64,000 bases of DNA from the human T2T-CHM13v2.0 reference genome, Homo sapiens. The notes beneath the pieces are model-generated. The model was given only the letters and a program-made list of their open reading frames with translations, was not told the DNA's origin and made no database searches. Location of the stretch: assembly GCF_009914755.1 (NCBI RefSeq), contig NC_060935.1; one strand, written 5' to 3'. Each line of letters starts with the position of its first letter. The stretch's first letter is position 1. Of this stretch, positions 52,811-64,000 are shown in pieces. Position numbers and translations under genes: made by a program.

Positions 52811-54194
52811 TAATGTGTTTATATTCCTACATATAATGTCAAGTAAAGAAAATTAGAATCACGTAACCAAAAGTATCAGATGTTATAATATTACTGAGTT
52901 AAACACAAAAAGAGTTGAAAATAGAATGAAGTAACTTTTTTCTCTTATTTGAGTTATTCTTTTTTCCCATATTTCTCTGATTTTTTTAGATATCATAATT
53001 TAGGAGTCATAATTCATAATTACTTAAATATATGAAGTGTACTTGCCAGTCTTTGAAAAGGTTAGTGCTATCATAGGACGTGTAAATCTTCTTTTATGAA
53101 AAAGATGACAAGCAAAATTATGACTCAGTCAAGGTTTTATAAAACATTGACTTGGATGTGCTTGCTTTTGAAGTAATTTTAGTTTAATCCCTCATCAGAG
53201 ATTCAATCCTTATTTATGTACAATTATCAAGCTGATAATATTTAGTGTCATTGATTAATGGTCCCATGGAAATAAGGTCAAATTTAGAATTTTCTTCTCT
53301 TTAGAATCACTGAATATTTTACATCCCACATTACTGTTTTATAGACTTTCAATGACTAGATAAATAGGTCCCTAGGTTTTACATTTATGAAGATATAAAT
53401 AAATGAGCATAGATGTTCCCAGATTGCCTAGAGATAGATGAGGGATGTAAGCGGAGATAGAGCCACAGGAAATCTAGAAGCAGAGTAGCCTGCCCACCCA
53501 CAATGAGTACTGGTGGTAAAAGAACAAATCAACCTTCAAATCTCAACTTTTGGCTGGTTAGATGGGACCAAAACTTACATTTTAAAAGTGGAAAAAAAAT
53601 CTGTTTTTCTGGATATTTTGCCATAATTTTCCCAAACTGTGTGTTTTTCCCAGTCTTCAGCTCTACCGTTTACACACCCAGTCCCTAAGACTGCACTTCT
53701 CTCCCTGTGTTACTGTTTTTCATGTAATCTTTCGAGGCTTTTTAAACCTGAGAGTATCTGTAATGGGATATTCTATTACACAACACTCTGAGGAGTCGAC
53801 TATAGCCTAAGGGCTCTTTTGGTTAATGTAACACTGTGTTCCTGAGGCACTAGATAGCAGGAACTGCTGATTGCAGCAAAGGTCCGCACAGGCAAAACTA
53901 GAAAATGATCAGGAGGGATTTGTGAAATCCCATCAGCATGTGGTTGACTGCCTTTTGATACGATTTACAGGAACTGGCAGAGAAAACATGGGCAATAGAA
54001 TACTGGACTAACAGACAACTTAGGTGGAGAAATAATTTCAGGAGGGTATGGAGTGTTGGAAAGAGCTTGAGTTTTGGTGTCAAATACACCTGGGTTGGGT
54101 TCCCAGGCCTTGGGCAAAGTTACTAACCATGAGTTACTAACGTGAGTTTCTGTTTCCTCTCTCCTCTATAAAATTAGGGTAAAATGCTGTAATA

Positions 54195-54490
54195 AATACT
54201 GCTGGGACTTCACCCATATCCCCAGGATCACTGTACTCATGATGGATGCGAGAATGTGGGAGGTCAGCTTCCTTGTTCCAGTGGGAACACACCTAAGATT
54301 CCCCTGTGGGTCAGGCTGAAGCAACTCTGAGTAACTTTACCTGAGACCATGTTCATGTTTGGCTGCTTCCATAGCCATGCCTTGTTTCCTTTGCTCCCTC
54401 ACTGATTTCTCAGAGCAATTCCATAGTACATTATTTGCATGCAAATCCTCATCTCATGTTGCAGTTCTGGCGAATCTGACCTAAGCAGAT
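54195..54490 (+). mobile_element. LTR16-family fragment inserted in a MIR (MIR parts ~54045-54190 and ~54495-54570)
   Basis: cccctgtgggtcaggctgaagcaac; tgcatgcaaatcctcatctca ... gaatctgacctaag. Confidence 0.65.
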
Positions 54491-54869
54491 GTCTATCTAC
54501 TTTGACAGTGCTTGATGAGGATTAAATATAGTAGGTTTACAATGACTGTTAGAATATAAAGGGCAAAATAAACTCTGATTATTACTCCCTTATTTAGTCT
54601 GATTGATGTTTTTTTCTTTTCTTTTTGCGTATGTTTTCATTCTGCCTAACTCTATGCATATTCACCTTTTGGAGATTCAAATTCCAGCTCTCTAATTGTG
54701 TATACCTTTTAAGCCAGAAGTTTGATTTTCATTTGCAAACCATAGAGGTGAGCATATTTTTCTCTGCTGATGACTATTTGTTAGTCTAAACCCTCTTGCT
54801 AGTCAACATGTGGATGAAAATTCAGTTCTAGATATTAATTACTGCTTCAACTTAGTGGCCCTATTTCAT

Positions 54870-55065
54870 GGTGTCGAGTGGTTAAGAATAGGTTTTGATG
54901 TCAGATAGAGCTTGATATGAACTCAGACACTTTCAGAGAGTCCTATAATATGAGGATGCCTTTAAAGGTTATAATGTTGTAATCAAGTGAGAGCTTACAA
55001 CAGGGCCTGCCATGTAGTTAGTGCTTAACAAATGATAGCGTTTTGTTATTTTTGTTACTATTATA
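54870..55065 (+). mobile_element. MIR SINE
   Basis: agtggttaagaataggttttgatgtcagatag ... gtgcttaacaaatgatag. Confidence 0.7.
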
Positions 55066-56216
55066 GTATTTTAGTTCCATTTCAAGATTCCAACAATAGA
55101 CTCATACTTTCACATTTTGACTAGATTCTTCCAGATACACTTCTTTTCCTTAATGAAAATTCATCCTCTACCCAATGTGTTTAGTGACTTTCTGCCAAAG
55201 GAAAGTTTGGGAAGCTCACATTTTTCCAGGTCCCCGAGGTCTTGTTTAGTGAGTTATTGTTTTAAGGAACACATCAAAAAAATTTTTCACTTGTAATGGC
55301 AAATATAATAGTAATTCAGTTAAACCAGAATTCTGCAGATGGCACTTCTGGATTATGTTTTACTAAAAAAATAATTATCTGAGTTATTGTTTTTCACTTG
55401 ATGTTTCGCAGATCTGGACTAATAGTTGTAAAATTATAGATCATATTGTTAATGAATATTGATAATTTTCTCTTGAAAATTTTAAGACCATAATAGATAA
55501 TTCTCTTTATACAATAGTTTAATTATTGCTTAAAGGCAGGGAATTGACCCAAAATAATTTTTATAATTTCTTGTTCTGTTATTCTAAATTTATCACAGTG
55601 ACCTTTCCAGTAATCCCGAGGTAGGGATATTCAAATTTTTTCTTGTATCTTTAATATTCAACTGTGACTTTTAATTACCTCTCTCTACCTCTCAATTTTA
55701 AAACATGTCATTTTTCTTTTATGAAAGATAAAGATTGAAATACACGCGATTTTCTTAAAAATATGAGCTTGTAATTCGAGCACAGTTTATATATTTCCTT
55801 GGGAAAACTATTCATATAAATGATTTTTATTCACTTCTGGGCTTCCAGATTTTTCTCTTTTCCCTTCTGCTATGAGAAAAAGTGCTCTTGGGCTAGATTC
55901 CTGGGTATCACAGGAGCACAGGTTAAAATGCTTTTAAATGCATGTTGTCTCCCTAGACCTCTGGCTGAGCATACCCACTGAGTTATCAGCAGGGACCTGC
56001 TTGGCTGAAGTTTTTCAGGGCTTCTCTAGAGCATTTTTTCCATACGTGTTTCCTCCACAGGGGACTAACAAGCACATCAGAGGCAGACAGTTGTTAGCTA
56101 TGGTGAATATTTTTTTTGTCAGTTGACATTTCAATGTCTTCCTTTCTAGGACTATGCATTATGCCTGCCTTATGTTAAGGACCCCCAGAGGCAATAGATT
56201 GTTTGCCCATATGTCC

Positions 56217-56227
56217 GTGTGTGTGTG

Positions 56228-56268
<41 letters not shown>
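56217..56268. repeat. (GT)n(AT)n(AC)n microsatellite
   Basis: Directly visible. Confidence 0.95.
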
Positions 56269-56270
<2 letters not shown>

Positions 56271-56314
56271 ATAATCCAACCTGTTCTGTTAGTCTAAATT
56301 TATCTAAATTGGTT

Positions 56315-56760
56315 AATTATATTACATATATATTTATATATTATATATTTTATATAATACATATTAATACATACATACATATTATACATATGTGTATAAT
56401 ACATATAATTATGTATATGTGTACATTATATATACCATATATTATATAGTATACATATGTATATATATAAAATATATACATGCACATATAAAAATATGTA
56501 AATATAAACAAATTTAGGTGAATATATATTACATGTAATAATATTATTATATACATATAATAATATAATTACATGTAATATATTATTAATATATTATTAT
56601 ATTATAAATATAAATTAATTATTTATAAATTATATATATTATTAATATATTATTATATTATATATTATATAGTATATATAAAATATATTATATATTATAA
56701 ATATAATATAATGTATATGTATATAATAATATTATTACATATAATATATTACATATATAA
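56315..56760. repeat. AT-rich degenerate (TA)n/(TAT)n tract
   Basis: ~440 bp made almost entirely of A/T. Confidence 0.93.
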
Positions 56761-57161
56761 TTTGCTTGAATAACTTAATTTGCTTGAATAACTTACGTGG
56801 TCATACTACAACCTTCTAAAACTCATTAGTGCTGTGAATTTTAGGAGAAGAGAAAAAAATCAGTTAACTGAGACACTCCTTGTTACGTGTACTTCAGCTT
56901 TAATATCATAAACAGTAATTACAGTTCCTACTTGATGTGGTTGTTTTGAAAACTCAAACCTTAGATATTGGTGGCACCTTTAATGTGCAAATTTCTAGAT
57001 GTTTTGGTTAGATTGGTGAACAATGTAGCTAAAGATCCATGCTTTGGTGAAACATATTTTAGAGGTGGAGGGAAAAAATAAATGATAAGATTGTTGTAGA
57101 AATACATTGCTCTGTAATAAACTCTCCTGAAACAATGTTGTGGCTTAAAATAATGACATTA

Positions 57162-57812
57162 AAAAAGACAGGTTCAAAAAGACAAATAATGCGAAGAATT
57201 TCGAGAAAGCTTATATATTGCTAACAGGCATATAACGTGATACAGTCACTTTGGAAAACAGTTTAGAGTTTCTTAAAATGTTGAATATCAGCTAGCGCAC
57301 AACACAGACATTTCACTCCTAGTTATCTACCAAAGATGAATGAAAACACCTATCCAAAAAGAGACTTATGTATTAACACTCAAAGGAGCACCATTTGTAG
57401 CAGCCGGAGGGAAACAATTCAAATGTTCATCAACTGGTGAACAGATAAAAGAAATGTGGTGTGTCCATAAAATGCAATGCTTCTCAGCAATAAAAAGCAA
57501 TGAAGTACTAATAAGTGCTACAACATGTATGAACCTCATAAGCATTAAGTGTAGTGATAGAATCTAAATACAAAAGACAGCATAGTGTACGATTTTATTT
57601 ACTTGAAATGTCCACAAAATGCAAATCTGTAGACAGAAGTCAGCAGTTGCCTGAGGCTGGGGGCAGTGTTTGTGGTGGGGAATGGGAAGTGACTGCAAAT
57701 AGGGATGAGAGATGTTTTTGGTGTGTTGGAAATGTTCTAAAATTGGACTGTGGTGATCATTTCACAAGTCTGTAAATTTACTAAAATTCATTTAATCACA
57801 CTTAAAAAACAA
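57162..57812 (+). mobile_element. L1MB-like 3' fragment
   Basis: cactttggaaaacagttt, aaatgttcatcaactggtgaacagataaa, ggaaatgttctaaaattggactgtggtgat. Confidence 0.85.
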
Positions 57813-57824
57813 ATTAGAAACCCA

Positions 57825-58125
57825 CAATATTGATTTGGTTCAGGAATCTAAAATTCAGGCAGGATTTGGCAAGGAGAATGATCTGTTCTACTTGGCATCA
57901 TCTGGGACAGCTTGAAAGCTGGGGTTGGAATAATCTGGGTATCTCTCTGACTCTGCATACTCTACATATCTCTCTGTTCTGTCTTGTAAGCATGGTGATT
58001 TCAGGGTAGCTGGGTTTAGGGATCCCAAGTTGCTTGTTCCAAGACAAAGAAAGAGAACGGGAAACTGTGTCACCTCTTATGATCTTCCTTCAGGAGGCTT
58101 TCCACTGCATTCTACCTATTAAAAA
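57825..58125 (-). mobile_element. MLT1 (F/G-like) LTR; its other piece lies at ~57105-57160
   Basis: gtggcttaaaataatgacatt before the L1; after it, tcaggaatct...ggcagg...gtttcagggtagct-like sequence. Confidence 0.6.
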
Positions 58126-58134
58126 GTCAGGTAG

Positions 58135-58530
58135 TATCTACATAGACTGCAATATTAATCAGCTTTGAAAAAGAAGGAAATCCTGTCACATGTAGCAATG
58201 TGAATGAACCTTAAGGACATTGTGTGAAGTGAATTAAGCCAGTCACAGAAGGACAAATACTGAATGATTCCATTTATATATGGTATCTAAAATAATCAAA
58301 CTCATACAAGCATAGAGTAGATAGTAGTTGCCAGGGACTTGGGGTAGGGAGAAAAGGAGAGTCATTCTTCAACAAGGTTACAATCTCAGGTATGAGGGAT
58401 GAGTAATCCTAGAGATCTGCTGTACATCGTGACTGTAGTTAACAACACTGCATTGGACCCTTAAAACTTTGTTAAGAGGGTAGACCTCATGTTAAATGTT
58501 TTTACCACAGTTAGAAACAAACAAACAAAT
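58135..58530 (+). mobile_element. L1MA (MA9/10-like) 3' end
   Basis: aagaaggaaatcctgtcacat, ctagagatctgctgtaca, ttaagagggtagacctcatgttaaatgtt. Confidence 0.88.
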
Positions 58531-58851
58531 TAAAAAGTTGAGTTATTTTAGACACTTTTAATCCAGACATCCATTTAGATACTTGGTTTCTATAGTGAAA
58601 ACAAAAGAGCCCTAAATCCTTCTTCCTTGGGGTTTACATTCTGTTTAGGGGAACAAATAATAAATTGTAAGTATATAGGAAAAAAGTACAAGTGGGTTCT
58701 GAGTCCTCTCCATCACCCAACAAGAGCTGTCAATAAAAGACAACAATTTAATTGTCCAGTGTGGGTTTGGGAAAGTAGTTGAAGCCAACTTAAAAGAAAA
58801 CTTCCAGTTGTCAGCAGGTTTGAACATGGCCTTTCATGGTAACAAGCATCA

Positions 58852-59062
58852 TTTTAATTAATTAATTAATTAATTAATTAATTTTGAGATGGAGTCTTGC
58901 TCTGTCACCGAGGCACGATCTCCGCTCACTGCAACTTCCACCTCCCGGATTCAAGTGATTCTCCTTCCTCAGACTGCCGAGATGCTGGAATTACAGGCAT
59001 GCACCACCATTTGTGCCCGGCTAATTTGTGTATTTTTAGTAGACACAGGGTTTCGGCATGTT
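58852..59062 (-). mobile_element. 5'-truncated AluS with a (TAAT)n tail
   Basis: gagatggagtcttgctctgtcacc ... tatttttagtagacacagggtttc. Confidence 0.9.
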
Positions 59063-59586
59063 CACTGTTCTGCTTATGGTCAGAATATATATGATACTTC
59101 TTCAAGGTCAAGCTCAACTGTTGTTCTTTCTGAAGCTTCTTCTGAATTCTCTATGTTGAAATTTTCTCTGAATTCCTAAGGCACTCTCCAGGTTCTTGTT
59201 ATATCCTCTTGTGTCCCTTTACTCAATTTTAAACTCAATAGTAATAGACATACTCTTGATGCTGACAGTAGTGCTTTAGACAGACTTGGCACTCAATAAT
59301 ATTTGAATTAAAATGAAAGAAATGCAATACTTATTTTGTTAGAAAATATTTTCAGGTCTTGTTGTAGTAACTTAGGTTTCTACAATGGTTAGCTGAACTT
59401 TAAAGCACTCTGGAAAAGGGAAGTGGAACTGAACAGCTGTATTCTTAGCTAGCTGCTTTGAATCTTTCATGTGTATGGAGAAAAGAGGCAATATGTTCAA
59501 TCAAAAATTAAATTGGGGTGCTGATTAACCAAATGTTCCAAATTCTGTAATTGAGAACTAGACATTTTTATATATTTCTGCTTGTA

Positions 59587-59641
59587 TTAGGTTGGTGCAA
59601 AAGTAATTGTGATTTTTGCCATTACTTTTGCACCAACCTAA
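59587..59641. mobile_element. MADE1 (Hsmar1 mariner MITE), internally deleted
   Basis: TA-ttaggttggtgcaaaagtaat ... attacttttgcaccaacctaa-TA. Confidence 0.95.
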
Positions 59642-62231
59642 TAGAATATGAATTCTCATCTCTTGGTTTGAGTGTTCAAAGTTTGATTCTATGCATCAGT
59701 AACAATTCACTGATAATGTTATTTCAACCCACTAGTAGTTTATTCATTTTTTAAATTAACTAGTGAGTCCTTTTGTACCTGTGGACGCTCATTCTGAACT
59801 ACTCATTACTGTCTATCATATCAAATAATAAAATTCATGGAACCCCAAAATAACTCAATCATTTGAAATTCCAAGCTGCCTACATGACGAAACAGAGTAT
59901 GAGACACACATAGATGTCTGCCTAGCGCTGTTCTTTAGGCTTGAAAGCAAACTCACCGTATGTGGAAAGAGATGGGTGTGATCTGTGTATTTTTCCTATG
60001 GATAAGGTACAGCCCTGGTTTAAAACTTACTTAAGGAATTAGATAAGTAGATAGATGGATACATAGCTAGAAATGCACAGACTTCTCTTAGTTTACAAGG
60101 TAACTGTGTTTTCCCTCATTAAAGTAAATTAGAAGATTTTAGAGACTTTTAAAGATTTTCAACAGGGCAAATAGTAGAAATCAAATAATTCAGAAGGAGG
60201 AATACCAGCCAGGAAAATGTTGTATTAAACACAGTGCATAAAGTGAGACCTCCTCCCCACCCACAACACAACAGATGGACATAATTATAGATACATTCAA
60301 ATTAATATAATCTATATTATGATGTATCTCTGGAAAAAGATTTTCACTATTGAGATAATCTGATGCTATTGTAAACTTTAGTGGTTAACTCAGGTTGCAA
60401 AATCCTTCTATATTGTCCTACATAGAATTCTACAGTACATTTCCAGCACACAATGAGTTGATGTAAAGTGTTTATTGACTTCTCATTCTGCTTTCCAGTT
60501 CAAAATTTACTTCTGCTTTTATTATGTTTCTCTGGACATTTTATAGATTGTTAATTACCAATCCCTTGAATATCAAAAACAGTATACTTATGACAGTAAA
60601 TGGAAATTATCACCTATTTTGTAGAAGAAAATGTCTTTAATTGACTTCTAAAAAAACTACTAAAATTCACATACTGTGGGCCAGGCATTATGCTGAATGT
60701 TGGGGTTATAAAGAGGGAAAAAGAGGTTTGGTTGTTACTCTTAAGGAGCTCATTAATTCTATGCATACCACACTGTTCCATCAGGATGAGTCTATTTTAT
60801 GGGATCTGTTAAAACAATGTAATTTTTTTTGATCCTATAACCATCTCCAGGCCAGCCCAGGAAGTCTTCAAATTTCTACTGAAATGACTGTTGGTGAACT
60901 TATTGAGTATTTTACACAGATATTCATCAATTAACCAGGAGATAAGCTTAAAGACAGTTACTCCTAGGTGAGGCTATAGCCAATTTAAATAAAAGACATG
61001 AAATCATTAGTTCCATTTTAACCTTTTTGTTCTTCTTGCGTGAACTTGCCTGGTGGCATTGTCTTGAAAGGACATTCCTTAGCACTGGAGTGATTGGTCA
61101 GGATCTGTCAGGCTCCTAGGGAGCAATCATGTACCAAGCCTGCATTCATTGGTTTTCCTTTATATTCCATGTTAAAAGTTCAACAGCTTTAAATGAATTT
61201 CTCCTTTGTCTTGTTGCTGTGGTGCTGAACAACTTGAAACTGTAATTGGGATCCATGGAAACCAAAGTTTTGTTCAATCCAGAGAAATGCCAGAAAATAT
61301 GTATTCTTGTATTGAAAAGCACTGACATCTTACATTTTCAATTCAGTAGGTTATAGCTTGACTGAAGAATGAAAGGGATTAGAAATGTCTAATTACCAAA
61401 ATGTAAATCATTCCTTCTTTCCAGTTCTGTATATTGCTCAGGCAAAACAAATGATCCTTCAAATATTTCTAACATTCCTGACATTGTCATTAAAATTATT
61501 TATGATTGTCACCCAGCATTGGAAGTGAGGCAAGCTTTAAATTAAGTGTCTTGATTGCTAAATGGAGTTATTTCACGATTGCATAAAATTCCGCAAGAAA
61601 TGCAAGGCATAAATATGTAAATGCTGAATTATTTTACAACTACAATTAGAAGGTAAATAAAGGCACAGCAAAATGGCAGAATCATTAAGTTAAATTCACC
61701 TATGATTTTAGCACTCGTGTCATGACATTAGGGAAAGATTTTCACTCTAGGTATGATTACATATCATTGAAGAAGTTGTCCTTTTCTCCTAAATGTTATT
61801 ACCATAATTTTTCTTTACATGATATTCAGCAGTCAAAATCCATAATTTTTTTCACATTCAGCCTTGAGAGATTTTTCTGGTCATTACTGCTTTAAAGGAG
61901 ATAGCAAGAAGGAAATGCATTCTTCAAAGGTCTTCCTAGTTTATATTTTCTTGAATGTATTATTGAGTTGATGTATTAACACCTTGATCTGAGTAGCCAG
62001 ATAACCATCTGTTATTAATTTCTTAACATGCATACCTTGTTCCAAAATATATTTGGAGTTCCTAGCAATAATGAAGTATTAAAGACCAGTTACGTAAATA
62101 GAAACTATTTAGAAAATATTTAGCGTGAGGAGAAAAATGTATTAGAAAACTTGTAACTTTCCCTAAAAGTTTGCCAGAATTGAAAGGAAAATATGATGAT
62201 GAGATGAATTAAAATTTAATCTAGCAAGGGG

Positions 62232-62766
62232 CAGCCAGCAGACTCTAAAATGACCTCCTTTAGAGCATAGCCTGGACTAATAACTTGCTTTTAAGCAATA
62301 GACTACAATAAAGGCGATGATGAGATGTCATTTCTGTAATTTTGCTACATAAAATTGTGACTTCCATTTCTGTGGCTAGCAGGCTTTCTCTCTCTTGCTG
62401 GATTTGATAGAGTAAATTGTCATGGCGGAGAGGCTCACATGGCACGAACCTTAAAGCAGACTCCAGTCAATATCTAACAAGGAACTGAGGCCCTCAGTCC
62501 AATAACCTTTAAGGAACAGGATTCTGCCAAGCAACCATGAATACAAACTTTGAAGGATTCCCTTCAAATCCAGTTGAGCCTTCAGGCGATGCAGCAACCC
62601 TGGCCAGCCCCTGAATTGCACCTTCATGAGAAACCATGAAACAGAGGAGATCATGAATCTAAGCAGTAGCTGGATGTATGACGACAGACACTGAAAGATA
62701 AAAAATGTATGTCACTTCAATTCACTGATTTTGTGATAATTTATGTAGTACTAGATAATAAATACA
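62232..62766 (+). mobile_element. MLT1E/F MaLR LTR
   Basis: caaggaactgaggccctcagtccaa, attctgccaagcaaccatga, ccagttgagccttcag; ends tagataataaataca. Confidence 0.88.
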
Positions 62767-63786
62767 AAAGTTAAATTTTTTTCTGAAACCAGCATTTCTT
62801 ATAGATCTGTATACAGGGATTCCTGTACAACATGGTTTCTTTGCCAACAAATTAGTAGGAGTTAGGGAAATGTGATTTAGTGAATATTTTCTATGGAACT
62901 TATATGAAAACTAGGTTCATAAAACTATAATTTAACCCTACAAAGTCTAAGAATTTTGAGGAGAGGTAGGATAAAAAAGTCAAGATAATAAGACCAATGA
63001 AGTTTATTATCTCACAAGCTGATCTAATGCAATGATGGAATTAGAAGAACCTAGAGGAGTGAGCAGCTATTATGTTCTTTAGGTTGACTCTCTAAAATGA
63101 GATAGGTCAAATGAGCTCTTTGCAAATGCTGGGCTGTAGTAGATTCTTGGCTGGATCCTCTCAGGAGAGCTGTAGTGCAGATATTCTGTGTCGTCAGTTA
63201 AGGTGACATCCATATGCTTTATATGTGTGGTGTGCAGACAGAAAGACTAACATTTCTCATTTGAAATTTCAGAAATCTGACTCATACTCTGATCTCAACA
63301 GAGGGCCATTCAATTCTCATTTGGAGGAAGGTCTGCAAGGGTGTCTGTGGGTAGAATTTTTTTCTCTAAAAAAATTTTTGAATTTGCCCAAGTATTTGGC
63401 TGAAAACTCTGAGATCCTGGATATCTACATCATTTGTTTGGAGGAAGAAGTTTTATCCTGAATAAAATATTAAGGGTAGTCATTAACCAATTAGTTAAAG
63501 GCTCTAAATGGACCTCAGTTTATATCATTCATGACATCTACTTTTGATGAGTACTTCAGCCAGGTGTCCATGCCAGGGTATGTTAGCTGTAAAGTGCAGC
63601 CTCAAAAAACGGAATAAGATACGTTACATAGAGGTGTTTAGAGCTCAAGACTGTATTTCTGCATTTGAGGGACGACTGAGCTCTTCTTATTTTAATGTTT
63701 GATTTATATATTTTTTTTTCTTGAATGGAAGCCACATTATTAATTTAAGAAATAAATAATTTTTTTTCCAAGTCATTTCCTTTGAA

Positions 63787-64000
63787 GCAGTACATTGCCG
63801 TGGCCAAAAGGGCTAGCTCTGGAGTCAGGCTTTCTGTGCTTGATTCCTATTCAGTCACACCCTTGCTGTGTGAGCCTGGGTGAGTTACTTGACTTCTCTG
63901 TGCCTTTGCTTTCTCCTTTGTGAAATGTTGGTAATAATACTTGTTTCAGGGTCAATTGTGGGGATTAAATAAGTTAATGCATGCAGTGTCTTGTATCACG
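63787..64000 (+). mobile_element. MIR SINE
   Basis: gctctggagtcagg ... gggtgagttacttgacttctctgtgcct. Confidence 0.85.

Noticed and set aside
53846-53860. CTCF-like motif ggcactagatagcag (and tgcagatggcact near 55334)
   Set aside because: Mismatches at core positions; not supportable without ChIP data.

Overview
AT-rich, CpG-poor primate (most likely human) non-coding DNA, either intergenic or deep intronic. Alu, L1PA, THE1, MST and MADE1 elements establish the primate origin. I find no credible protein-coding gene, RNA gene, CpG island or CRISPR-like array. The ORF-track entries are chance ORFs, low-complexity translations or decayed transposon fragments. Much of the window is a layered fossil record of repeats: L1, L2, MIR, Alu, MaLR/ERVL LTRs, an ERVL internal fragment, and Tigger/hAT/mariner DNA elements. 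The most notable structures are: (1) one L1PA insertion (243-3015) combining a twin-priming 5' inversion with an apparent ~740-bp 3' transduction, bracketed by a decayed 18-bp TSD inside an older L1M; (2) a scrambled ERVL internal fragment in which a 38-bp inverted duplication seeded an 82-bp x3 minisatellite; (3) a near-perfect 109-bp tandem duplication inside a splice-site-bounded candidate exon; (4) an exact 32-bp direct repeat 1.36 kb apart; (5) an internally deleted MADE1 hairpin. Repeat subfamily names come from memory of consensus sequences, and boundaries of old repeats are approximate. I see no evidence of a new multi-gene biological system.
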